Below the pieces are notes generated by a model, which had not been told where the DNA came from, made no database searches, and was given only the letters and a program-made list of their open reading frames with translations. Made by a program: the position numbers and the translations under genes. This document shows positions 1 to 8,322 of a stretch of DNA of 38,805 nucleotides, one piece after another. The stretch lies in IMG/VR virus record IMGVR_UViG_3300047565_000335, positions 1-38,805 of that record; one strand, written 5' to 3'. This DNA comes from a virus. Lineage: Duplodnaviria; Caudoviricetes. The number at the start of each line of letters is the position of its first letter. Position 1 is the stretch's first letter.

Positions 1-2
1 TC

Positions 3-104
3 CCCGTAATCAATTACGGCATCAAAAAGCTGGTCAAATTTGTAGCTACCCAGCGCGGTGGCCGGGCGATCGACTTCCGAGTGTACGATCCGATCTTCGG
101 CTAA
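3..104 (+). CDS. 3' end of an ORF running in from the left edge (...PVINYGIKKLVKFVATQRGGRAIDFRVYDPIFG*)
   Basis: Open frame from the window edge to TAA at 102-104, followed by the left arm of a terminator-like hairpin. Confidence 0.4.
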   Translation, partial: PVINYGIKKLVKFVATQRGGRAIDFRVYDPIFG

Positions 105-204
105 CATAGAAAAAGCCCCAGCTATGGCCAGGGTAGATGAACTGCATCTAAATATCTAGACAAGACTGTACATAACCAGACAAAATATCTGATATAATGT
201 CTGC

Positions 205-807
205 ATGTCTAGTTTAACTCCCCAAGAAGCAGCAACCTTGCTCGGTGTAACGGTTAGAACCTTGCATCGATGGGAACTTGATGGCAAAATTAGATCAACT
301 CGTACAGCTGGTGGTCATCGTCGTTATGACATCACAGAGTTAATTAGCAATAAATCCGATAGTCAACTGACTGTAGGCTATGCCAGAGTTTCTAGTCACG
401 ACCAAAAAAATGATCTAACCAGACAGGTCTTAGTCTTGGAAAGCTATTGCGCTAAACATGGTTGGGGATTTGAAGTAATTCAAGACCTTGGCAGTGGAAT
501 GAACTATAAAAAGAAAGGACTGATTAGGCTAATCAGGCTCATTACATCTTATCAAGTTGAAAGGCTAGTTTTGACTCATAAAGATAGATTATTGAGGTTT
601 GGTTCAGATCTGATTTTTGCACTGTGCGAACAATTCGGAACGGAGGTAATAATAATCAATCGTTCTGATGACAGTACTTTTGAGGAAGATTTAGCATCGG
701 ACGTGTTAGAAATTATCACAGTGTTTTCTGCTCGTCTATATGGTAGTCGTTCTCATAAGAATAAGAAAATAGTAGAAGAGTTAAAGGAGGTAGCCAAAAA
801 GTTATGA
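205..807 (+). CDS. tnpA: IS607 transposase (MerR-type HTH + serine recombinase)
   Basis: N-terminal EAATLLGVTVRTLHRWE...TAGGHRRY; catalytic YARVSS; DLGSG and DRLLRFG motifs. Confidence 0.96.
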   Translation: MSSLTPQEAATLLGVTVRTLHRWELDGKIRSTRTAGGHRRYDITELISNKSDSQLTVGYARVSSHDQKNDLTRQVLVLESYCAKHGWGFEVIQDLGSGMNYKKKGLIRLIRLITSYQVERLVLTHKDRLLRFGSDLIFALCEQFGTEVIIINRSDDSTFEEDLASDVLEIITVFSARLYGSRSHKNKKIVEELKEVAKKL

Positions 808-1916
808 GGATTAGTTTTAAGACTGAACTGAAGCTGAATAACTATCAAAGAACTCAGCTAGCTAAACATGCGGGAGTAGCCCGTCATGCTTGGAACTGGG
901 GCTTAGATTTATGCCAAAAGATTCTTAACTACAACCGTGATAACCCAGAAGAAAAGTTGAAGTTTCCATCAGCTATTGATCTGCACAAATTGCTAGTCAA
1001 GTTGGTGAAGGTTGAAAATCCTTGGTACTATGAAGTATCTAAAACTAGCCCTCAGTATGCACTTAAACACTTGTCAGTAGCTTTTGCAGATTTCTTCAAG
1101 AAGAAAACTGCGAAAGGTCGTCCGGTAGGTTTCCCTAACTTCAAGCGCAAAGGTCAGCATGATAGTTTTACTCTAGAGGGCACCATTAAAGTTGGACATC
1201 GTTCTCTCCAATTACCAAAGCTAGGAATATTGAAAACCTATGAACGACTACCCCAAGGACTTTCACCCAAAACAGCAGTAATTAGTCGTACTGCTGACTG
1301 TTGGTTTGTTTCTTTTAGCTATGAAGTTGAATTAACTGTAAGTGCAAAAATAGTAAGTGTTTGTGGTGTAGATTTGGGAATTAAAACACTTGCCACCTTG
1401 AGCACTGGTGAGACTTTTGCCAATCCTCAACCTTATCGAAAGTCTCAAGCTAGATTAGCTAGACTACAAAAAGCCGCTAGCCGTAAAGTTAAAGGCTCAA
1501 GCAATCGCCATAAGGCAAATATGAAAGTCGCTAAGCAACATGCTAGAACTTCCAATATCCGAAAAGATACACTTAATAAATTGACAACTCACCTGGCCAA
1601 AAACCACGACCAAGTAGTAATTGAAGATTTGAATGTGTCGGGGTTAATGGCTAATCATTGCTTGGCTAAGTCAATTGCAGATTTGGGTATGTATGAATTT
1701 CGCCGCCAGCTAACTTATAAATGTGAGTTGTATGGTAGCGAGTTAATTCTTGCAAATCGTTTTTTCCCTAGTTCTAAAACCTGCTCTAGTTGTGGTCATA
1801 TTCAAGATATGCCACTTAAAGAACGTGTTTTCAACTGCCAAAAATGTAGCATTAGCATCGACCGCGATTTGAATGCTGCATTTAATTTAGCTCATCAAGC
1901 TTTTGTAGTAGCGTGA
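804..1916 (+). CDS. tnpB: RNA-guided endonuclease TnpB
   Basis: RuvC motifs GVDLG, IEDL and DRDLNAA all intact; zinc ribbon CSSC...CQKC; 4-nt overlap with tnpA. Confidence 0.96.
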   Translation: MRISFKTELKLNNYQRTQLAKHAGVARHAWNWGLDLCQKILNYNRDNPEEKLKFPSAIDLHKLLVKLVKVENPWYYEVSKTSPQYALKHLSVAFADFFKKKTAKGRPVGFPNFKRKGQHDSFTLEGTIKVGHRSLQLPKLGILKTYERLPQGLSPKTAVISRTADCWFVSFSYEVELTVSAKIVSVCGVDLGIKTLATLSTGETFANPQPYRKSQARLARLQKAASRKVKGSSNRHKANMKVAKQHARTSNIRKDTLNKLTTHLAKNHDQVVIEDLNVSGLMANHCLAKSIADLGMYEFRRQLTYKCELYGSELILANRFFPSSKTCSSCGHIQDMPLKERVFNCQKCSISIDRDLNAAFNLAHQAFVVA

Positions 1917-2062
1917 ATTCTACACTGGGTGCAGCTTGTGCCTGGAAGCCTACTGAGGGATAGCCGCTCCGATGCCCCCGTTGAAGTAGGAAGTAGACAT
2001 CAATTTGGACTTGTCTAGATTTGTGTAGGTTCTATCGAGCGGCTTTGAAATCAATGTATCCC
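1917..2062 (+). ncRNA. Putative TnpB omegaRNA (right-end scaffold plus guide from flanking DNA, about 2043-2062)
   Basis: Lies between the tnpB stop and the right end; stem-forming CCTAC..GTAGG; known IS605/IS607 organisation; 5' boundary is a guess. Confidence 0.65.
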
Positions 2063-2071
2063 AAAATTACC

Positions 2072-2413
2072 ATGTCTACTATCACCGATACCGACCTCCA
2101 GCAGCTCAAAGATTTAATCACCGCTGGCAATGCTGCCACCCAGAAGCAGATAACCGACCTCACTTTAGAGATGCGGTTGGGGTTTGCGAACGTTGATACT
2201 AAATTTGCCCAAGTAGACACCAAATTTGCCCACCTAGAAGGCAAAATGGATGGCATTGAAGCCAAGCTAGAGGGCAAAATCGACACCATTAACGCTGAAC
2301 TTACCATCATCAAATCGAACCAGAAAGCGCAAGATGCTAAGTTCTGGACGCTGATTTTCTTAATCATCACCACTTCGATCGGGGCGATCGGGAAGCTTGC
2401 CAAATTCTACTAG
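2072..2413 (+). CDS. Coiled-coil repeat protein with C-terminal transmembrane helix (Bdr/DUF1640-like); paralog of 30078..30485
   Basis: VDTKFA heptad repeats; hydrophobic C-terminus; start placed at ATG 2072 because the paralog starts with the same MSTITDTDLQQLKDLI. Confidence 0.75.
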   Translation: MSTITDTDLQQLKDLITAGNAATQKQITDLTLEMRLGFANVDTKFAQVDTKFAHLEGKMDGIEAKLEGKIDTINAELTIIKSNQKAQDAKFWTLIFLIITTSIGAIGKLAKFY

Positions 2414-2449
2414 TGCCGCCAGGAATGTAGAATATTTGCATTCCTTCTG

Positions 2450-2818
2450 GTGCCCCGACCCATGCGCTGCTTTTTAGAAATTCAAACCGGACAAGGCCAC
2501 TACAGCACGATCGAGGACTTTGGATTCTACACCGCCAACATGGCCAGCCTGTGGCAAATTGCCGGACTCTACATCGAGCAGCTCAGCACCACCAGCGCTA
2601 GCGGGGTACAGCCGCAGTTAGAAATTGCGATCGAGAACATGCGCCAACCCGCCTTTAGCTTGGCCGTGCCGCCGCTAGTATATCCGCACTACGAACAAGC
2701 CCACCGCTACCTTTCCAAATTGCGGGACGGCTGCGAACTAAACGAATTTTGCACCTTTCGGGTGATTGCCAGCACCTACAATAACGTTTTCTCGATTCAA
2801 AACAATATTGCTAACTAG
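2450..2818 (+). CDS. Hypothetical protein
   Basis: 122-aa ORF filling the gap, converging on the tail operon with overlapping stops. Confidence 0.55.
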   Translation: MPRPMRCFLEIQTGQGHYSTIEDFGFYTANMASLWQIAGLYIEQLSTTSASGVQPQLEIAIENMRQPAFSLAVPPLVYPHYEQAHRYLSKLRDGCELNEFCTFRVIASTYNNVFSIQNNIAN

Positions 2819-3492
2819 ACCGCTTGCTGGGCACCAAATATCAGAGTAATTTCCCGCACCTGACTCGCCGCAGTAGTCTGGTCGGTGCCTTCAGTAATCA
2901 GGTCAAAACCAGTAATTCCCGCAGTAGATGCGATCGCACTTCCTGCCCCATAAGCTATCAAGACATGGCGGTAGATTATCTCAGTGGTGCCTGTATTATT
3001 CAAAGTCACCACCACGGGCGGCTTCACCGCCTCCAAGCCATCCATGGCGGCAGCCCCCACCGTGATGGGCAGCCTTTGGTAAGCGCCGCTGGGTAGTTCT
3101 TTGTTAATTAGCACCTCGATCGGATCAGTCACCAGCAAGGCTTGTTCGTTCACGGTCACCGTGCCCGTGCCGCCGTCGGTCAGGTTTATGTCGGTACCAG
3201 CCACCGCATTAGCCAAGGTTTCGGCCACCTTGAACTGGTTGGCCGACAGCGCGATCGCATAGTAATCGACTCCCGCCGCCAACCCGCCGGGGACGGTGCC
3301 ATTAGAATTTATTCTGACCCGGCTACCAGTGACCAAGCCGTGGGCAGTGCCCGTAATGGTGTTGGTGAGCGCGTCGGTGGTGATGGTCAGGTTCAGGGTC
3401 GTGCTGCCAGTGAGCAGAATGCACTCTCCGATCGCACCTGCTGGGTAAACGATATCGGCCACCCGCAGTAATTCAGAATTTGATGATGTCAC
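2815..3492 (-). CDS. Tail-associated/fibre-like structural protein (beta-rich module of the HGLxTG..PGGL..G.DYY type)
   Basis: Thr/Gly/Ala-rich; motif HGLVTGSRV...VPGGLAAGVDYY...FKVAET...G.DINLT resembles modules seen in phage tail proteins; last gene of the tail operon. Confidence 0.6.
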   Translation of the reverse strand: MTSSNSELLRVADIVYPAGAIGECILLTGSTTLNLTITTDALTNTITGTAHGLVTGSRVRINSNGTVPGGLAAGVDYYAIALSANQFKVAETLANAVAGTDINLTDGGTGTVTVNEQALLVTDPIEVLINKELPSGAYQRLPITVGAAAMDGLEAVKPPVVVTLNNTGTTEIIYRHVLIAYGAGSAIASTAGITGFDLITEGTDQTTAASQVREITLIFGAQQAV

Positions 3493-3923
3493 AGTTCCTC
3501 TGGAGGGGAATTAATGGTCATGGTTCCGAACCCAAAGTACCAAGAATTACCATTGTAAATTAGCGAATAAATCCCCTTAGCACCACCGATCGGAATCACC
3601 ACAGAAGTGGCATTATCGCCCTCCACAGAAACGTTCTGGGTCAGCAGAGTGATATCGGTGGTGGCCACAATTAGATTGTTAATCATTACCTCAGTACCGA
3701 TCGCCGGGGCGGCTGGTAGAGTGAAATCCCCAGTACCAAAAACCATATATTTGCCGGAACCAGTGATAACCACCGGAACACCATTGTTAGGCACTTGCAC
3801 CCAGGCCGTGCCACCGATCGCTGATAACACCAATTTGGCAGTTTCCCCTGTCGCCGCTTGTACTGGGACAAAGTAGCTGGTATCAACTGGGTCAAGGGTG
3901 GCTAGATCTTTGATTTCGGTCAT
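3489..3923 (-). CDS. Tail fibre-associated protein
   Basis: FTLPAAPAIG.EV and LIYNGNSW motifs typical of tail-fibre beta domains; coupled to both neighbours. Confidence 0.6.
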   Translation of the reverse strand: MTEIKDLATLDPVDTSYFVPVQAATGETAKLVLSAIGGTAWVQVPNNGVPVVITGSGKYMVFGTGDFTLPAAPAIGTEVMINNLIVATTDITLLTQNVSVEGDNATSVVIPIGGAKGIYSLIYNGNSWYFGFGTMTINSPPEEL

Positions 3924-5740
3924 CAGTTTTGCTCAATTAATATGGTGGTTCCGCCTTCCTGGCCTTCGATCGGGATGGTGGTTCCGCCTGCTTGGCCTTC
4001 GATCGGATTGCCTAAACGTAGCAGTGATTGCACTCGCACAAAAGTGCTAGCCCTAATTTTACGGTTAATTACCTCACGGTGGGTGGGAATGCCAGCCCGA
4101 CTGACCCGCGCCGCTGTGAAAGCAAACTTGGCCTCAGTGCCCTGCAAGCTCACAATCAAGCCCTCTGCTAGCCACATCCCATCCCACAGGGCTACCGTGG
4201 GCAATATCGGGCAACCGGCAATCAGCCACTCATCAGGAATTGGCATAGTCACAGCCATGCTATCGCGGCGACGGGCTTCCCGGACAGCAATGTTACTGGC
4301 TAGCTGGGTGGCCACGTCTTTATCAGGCAAAAAGCCCACTTCAATTATTTGGTCGCTGGGTGCGATCGGACTCCACCCCGCTGGCGATACTTGGGCTACT
4401 CCCAATACTGGCTCGGTTTCCATTGGCTGATCAGCGATCGGCTTTTGGCCTTCGATGATGGGCTTCGGCTCTAAGATAGTCGGCTGGCCAGTGCGCGGGT
4501 CAGTGGTGTTACCTTGATTAGACTTATCGGTAGTGGGTGGGGTGGTGAGCTTCTCGTCTTTTTTCAGCACCAGGCTGTAGTCTTCGGGCTGTCCAGCTAC
4601 TGTGGGCACTAATAGCAGTTTTGGCACCCAAGTCCGGCGGCGGTCTTCGGTTTGTACTTCTAACTGGGCGATCGCTAAGGTGCTGTCATCGCCCAAGCTT
4701 TTAATTCTGCCCTTTGGCCACTCCTTCACGGTGACTACCTGAAATGCTTTGTTGTTGTCACCGGGATAAATCCGGTTAGCCCGTGATTGCAGCTCAAATC
4801 CCAGGCTGGGCACCCCACCAAATACCAAAGAGAAAAAATAGAATTCGATCGAATCATCATCTTCATACTGATAATGAATTTGCTTCTTCTCGGACTGCAC
4901 CTGAAAAGTCTGCGGCGTGTTGTAAATAGTGCTGCCGGGATAGACCTCGGTATAAGGTAGATTCTCTTCAGTCTTTTGCAGCTTAGGCTTGGGATTTCCT
5001 GGCACTGGCGTTATCTTCTTCGGCACCTGGCGGCTACCCGTAACTATAATCCGGCTGGCTGCGAAGTTAATGTGGTCAATATCTGGTTCAATCTCAATCT
5101 GGTTCAGAGTGCGGCTAAATAGCGCGTTGTTCAGGCCACAATAATGGCTGCGAGTCACTTCAGCCGTATCCACCGTCAAAGTTCGCCACTGGGTACCCAG
5201 CAACTTTTGGGCATCAGCGATCGGGTTCCGGGTCACAAAGCCACCCAGTAATTGCCCAGCTAAGCCGCCCACCGACCAGCCCGAATTAACCGTACTCTCT
5301 CTAAACGCCACCGCCAGCAGCGAATTCACGATCGCATTTAAGGGCGTGTAATAAATCTCAATCTCGCCCTTAGTAGCTGGCCTGTCGGTGGCGATCGCGT
5401 CAATAATCTGGTGCAGACTGCCTTCCCCAATGCCCGTTTGGGGGTTATAGGCATAGCGATCGATCCGCATTACTGGCAGCGGGTAGCCTTTGATAAACAG
5501 CCGAACGGGTTGCTGGCCTGGTCGCCAGCGGCTGGGGGTTGCGCCCTGGTCAAACTCACCGGCAGTTAGTCCTTGGGCGATCGCCTTGCGGTTAAAACTC
5601 ACCTTAAACCGCCCACTCCAGCTCAGCTTCTGGGTGATTTCGTGCATCGGCAAAGACAGGGCGATTTCATCTAGATAATCGGTGGCGTTGAAGTTGCCGA
5701 TTAGGAGCTGAAATTGCGGAATAGAGTAGTCGAGCTTCAT
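3923..5740 (-). CDS. Tail tip/hub-like protein
   Basis: 605 aa, downstream of the tape measure and Dit-like genes; translationally coupled. Confidence 0.55.
   Translation of the reverse strand: MKLDYSIPQFQLLIGNFNATDYLDEIALSLPMHEITQKLSWSGRFKVSFNRKAIAQGLTAGEFDQGATPSRWRPGQQPVRLFIKGYPLPVMRIDRYAYNPQTGIGEGSLHQIIDAIATDRPATKGEIEIYYTPLNAIVNSLLAVAFRESTVNSGWSVGGLAGQLLGGFVTRNPIADAQKLLGTQWRTLTVDTAEVTRSHYCGLNNALFSRTLNQIEIEPDIDHINFAASRIIVTGSRQVPKKITPVPGNPKPKLQKTEENLPYTEVYPGSTIYNTPQTFQVQSEKKQIHYQYEDDDSIEFYFFSLVFGGVPSLGFELQSRANRIYPGDNNKAFQVVTVKEWPKGRIKSLGDDSTLAIAQLEVQTEDRRRTWVPKLLLVPTVAGQPEDYSLVLKKDEKLTTPPTTDKSNQGNTTDPRTGQPTILEPKPIIEGQKPIADQPMETEPVLGVAQVSPAGWSPIAPSDQIIEVGFLPDKDVATQLASNIAVREARRRDSMAVTMPIPDEWLIAGCPILPTVALWDGMWLAEGLIVSLQGTEAKFAFTAARVSRAGIPTHREVINRKIRASTFVRVQSLLRLGNPIEGQAGGTTIPIEGQEGGTTILIEQN
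3942..4006. repeat. Two-copy 33-bp tandem repeat encoding PIEGQxGGTTI at the C-terminus of the tail protein
   Basis: ATGGTGGTTCCGCCT(TC/GC)(C/T)TGGCCTTCGATCGG at 3942 and 3975. Confidence 0.85.
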
Positions 5741-5979
5741 CTGTTGGTGATAAATCCAGGAACACCGATCGCGCCGCTGGGACTATAAAAGGGCGTTTTA
5801 TCTGGCTCGTTGGTAGACAGATAATTAGCCGTGACAATGCCGCCGTCTGCTGATTTTAGCAGTCGCTGGCCAGTCTGGGGGTCGCGGCTTTGGTAGCTCA
5901 CCACTTGGGGCTGGTGGGAGAGGTTGCGCACGGCTTGGGCTTGGGTGGTTTGTTGGTGGTAGCGGATTTGGTTAATCAA
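5737..5979 (-). CDS. Small tail-module protein
   Basis: 80 aa with 4-nt overlaps to both neighbours. Confidence 0.6.
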   Translation of the reverse strand: MINQIRYHQQTTQAQAVRNLSHQPQVVSYQSRDPQTGQRLLKSADGGIVTANYLSTNEPDKTPFYSPSGAIGVPGFITNR

Positions 5980-6665
5980 GGGGTGCGCGGGATTTGACGA
6001 GTGAGACCAGTTGTAACATCTAGCTCAATTGCTAGCTGTGCTTGAAAAGAGTAATACCACCTATTTGCATAAAAGTGTCCCGGTGGATACTGTAATATTT
6101 GCCAGCCAGCTAAGCTATACCCACCTACTTCAGATATCACACGTTTAAGTTTAAATTTATTCCCCTTTAACTTTTTGTAAAAGGCTAGATTAAATGTCAG
6201 GAATGGATTGTAATCTTCGTTTTCTAGTGGCTGTGGTGAGGTGGGCTGGTTTATGGTTGGGTATGATTCAATGTTGAGCTGTAGGGCATAGACCAGATAA
6301 CGATATCCATAAATACTGAAAACTTCCGAGATCGTTTTTTTTGAGTCTAAAAATTCTGGCAATCGATGATAAACGCCACCATTTCTAAATAATATTTCTA
6401 ATCCGTAGAAATTTTGAGGGGAGAAGGGATTAAATCGATTGAATCCGGGAATTACTTGCATTGGGAGGGAATCCGATGTAGCAGGAATTTGGCTATTAGT
6501 CACATACATTTCAAAATCGCCATCATCGTTTGTCCTATTGATCAGCTTATCGTCCGCCCTGTAGTGCAAATCCTCAACTTCCGGCACCTCCCGATTAAAC
6601 ACCTGCCCTCGCAAATACCCATCCACCCCCGGCTCAGTCCCCGCGCTCGTCCCAAATACACCCAC
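5976..6665 (-). CDS. Hypothetical tail-module protein with AT-rich body
   Basis: 229 aa in operon; aromatic-rich. Confidence 0.6.
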   Translation of the reverse strand: MGVFGTSAGTEPGVDGYLRGQVFNREVPEVEDLHYRADDKLINRTNDDGDFEMYVTNSQIPATSDSLPMQVIPGFNRFNPFSPQNFYGLEILFRNGGVYHRLPEFLDSKKTISEVFSIYGYRYLVYALQLNIESYPTINQPTSPQPLENEDYNPFLTFNLAFYKKLKGNKFKLKRVISEVGGYSLAGWQILQYPPGHFYANRWYYSFQAQLAIELDVTTGLTRQIPRTP

Positions 6666-6667
6666 GG

Positions 6668-7096
6668 TTAAATCTCCTCTAAGGCTTCAAACTGCAACAA
6701 ATGCCAGTTGTGGGCTAGGCGGCTGGCATACCGATCGCCCACGCTAATAAACACTGGCGTAATTAAATTGTTCCCATCCCAGTGATCCAACAAATAACTG
6801 GTATTCCCCGGCTGGAAATTCAGCAAGGTCTCAAACAGCGCCACTTGGGCAGTACTCGCCAGCAGATTACAGCGCCACCGGCGGGGCTTATTTGCTATCA
6901 AAAACTTCCCCTTCACCCGCACCGCACCTACCAAAGACCTGCCATCAGCCTGCACATATTCGTCCCGTTCCGACTGATAAGCGTTGGCACTATCCACAAA
7001 CTCACTTAACACCAGCTGGTCAGTGACAGCGGCGTTACTCAAGATTAGATAGGAGTCTGGCAGTAGGCCGGAGCCGTTACGAGTGATTAATACCAT
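6668..7096 (-). CDS. Putative distal tail (Dit-like) protein
   Basis: Size, position after the tape measure, and ...DGRS.VG...W...L...LEEI pattern. Confidence 0.5.
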   Translation of the reverse strand: MVLITRNGSGLLPDSYLILSNAAVTDQLVLSEFVDSANAYQSERDEYVQADGRSLVGAVRVKGKFLIANKPRRWRCNLLASTAQVALFETLLNFQPGNTSYLLDHWDGNNLITPVFISVGDRYASRLAHNWHLLQFEALEEI

Positions 7097-7123
7097 TAAG
7101 GTTTAATAGGTTAAAGGGTTTTG

Positions 7124-7978
7124 TTAACAAGTTTTTACGCCGTAGCAACGTTTTTTTGACAAAAGTAAACTACTATCCAATGTCTGCGCTGGCGCTATTG
7201 GATACTCGGGCAATGTTAAGTGGGCCATTTGCTTACCTATTTTGTTGTCATAATCATAGCCTGAAACCTTCTTTCTAACTCGGTTGTGGCGGTCGATTAT
7301 TTGTCCGCCGTGCTCTTCAATTTTCCTGTCCCAAAACACATCGACAGTGATAAATCGCAATGATTTCTTGATGTAGTTCGATCGATATAACTCAGTAATA
7401 TTCTCCTCTAATACATATTCCCGGTAGTGCAAAATCCAGGCACAGCGCATCAGGCGTTCCATTTTTTTGTCTCGAACTACTGGGTCAGGGTGCTCTGTCA
7501 GACGTTGCCACTGTTTCACCGTCTCCCACACCATGCCAGGTAGTTGGCTGGGTGCGATCGGATAAACAGCACCTGGCATATGCTCTGATTTTCCGCAATT
7601 CAGGCGATAGCCAGCCCCAATTTGGTGGGACGTTTTGTTAACCATCCCGCCGCAATCGCAAAGACACAACCAATCAGCTTTTTTATTTCTGCGCTGTGGC
7701 AGTAATTTGATTACTGCCAACATCCCGAACCGTTTACCCTTAAGGTTTTTGCACTCTCGTTTGTTAAAACCTGGGGTACGCCTCTTGCAGCCGCAGCTTA
7801 CCTGTTTACCAGCATCAAAATCGCCACGCGCTTTTTGGATTACCTTCCCGCAGCGACATTCCAAAATCCAAAGCCTGCGCCACTTAGTACCCTGGTAGAC
7901 TCTCTCGCCTCTCCCAACAACAGTTAGCCAGCCAAATTCTTGTCCTGTACAGTCTGGTTTTGCCGCTACCATTAACAA
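7124..7978 (-). CDS. Protein with two Cys-rich repeats (G.xFG.L.V...W.xC.CG...xCG) of the type found in phage homing endonuclease-related proteins, plus an unrecognised C-terminal domain
   Basis: GQEFGWLTVV..ECRCG..SCGC and GKRFGMLAVI..CLCDCG..NCG. Confidence 0.65.
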   Translation of the reverse strand: MLMVAAKPDCTGQEFGWLTVVGRGERVYQGTKWRRLWILECRCGKVIQKARGDFDAGKQVSCGCKRRTPGFNKRECKNLKGKRFGMLAVIKLLPQRRNKKADWLCLCDCGGMVNKTSHQIGAGYRLNCGKSEHMPGAVYPIAPSQLPGMVWETVKQWQRLTEHPDPVVRDKKMERLMRCAWILHYREYVLEENITELYRSNYIKKSLRFITVDVFWDRKIEEHGGQIIDRHNRVRKKVSGYDYDNKIGKQMAHLTLPEYPIAPAQTLDSSLLLSKKRCYGVKTC

Positions 7979-8322
7979 TCCTCAAAAACTTTTTCTGCTG
8001 TGAACTGACCACCAGCTGCTGCGTAGTGGTAGCCAAACATTGTTACCCCGTGTGGGCAAAATGCCAAGATAGCGATAATTTCGGTCAGCACCTGAAATAT
8101 TTCAATTCCTTCTGGAATTTTTTTGAGGGTTGGATATAAAAATATTTCAACTTCGGCCTCTCCCAAAAATTCCGCATATTTCCCGCTGATTATTTGCTCA
8201 AACAGAGTTGATGTATCAAGTTCAAAGCAGTGGACGATCTTAAACTCCACCGCTTCTTTAAAAGCGACTAAAAACGGGTTGCCGTAGCAATCGTGCGGCT
8301 TGGGCTGTGGGTTTTCGCTCAT
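7972..8322 (-). CDS. Hypothetical acidic protein
   Basis: 116 aa, coupled to the tape measure stop. Confidence 0.6.
   Translation of the reverse strand: MSENPQPKPHDCYGNPFLVAFKEAVEFKIVHCFELDTSTLFEQIISGKYAEFLGEAEVEIFLYPTLKKIPEGIEIFQVLTEIIAILAFCPHGVTMFGYHYAAAGGQFTAEKVFEDC

Larger units (their letters stand above)
132..2042 (+). mobile_element. IS607-family insertion sequence (tnpA + tnpB)
   Basis: MerR-HTH serine recombinase overlapping TnpB. GG at both junctions (132-133 and 2041-2042). Right end ...TTGTGTAGGTTCTATCGAGCGG. TCTAGACAAG/CCAGACAA motifs at the left end, inverted CTTGTCTAGA at the right end. Removing the element rebuilds the hairpin AAAGCCC..GGGCTTT. AT-rich, no HIP1 seen. Confidence 0.9.

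Noticed and set aside
132-204. IStron (group I intron-IS607 hybrid)
   Set aside because: The left end is only about 70 bp, too short for a group I intron core, and the insertion is intergenic
2021-2071. N-terminal extension of ORF 2021..2413
   Set aside because: It starts inside the IS right end; the paralog indicates the true start is ATG 2072
2815-7096. Diversity-generating retroelement or invertible tail-fibre cassette
   Set aside because: No reverse transcriptase, no adenine-variant TR/VR pair and no dedicated invertase or paired fibre ends seen; the 33-bp repeat is a simple tandem duplication
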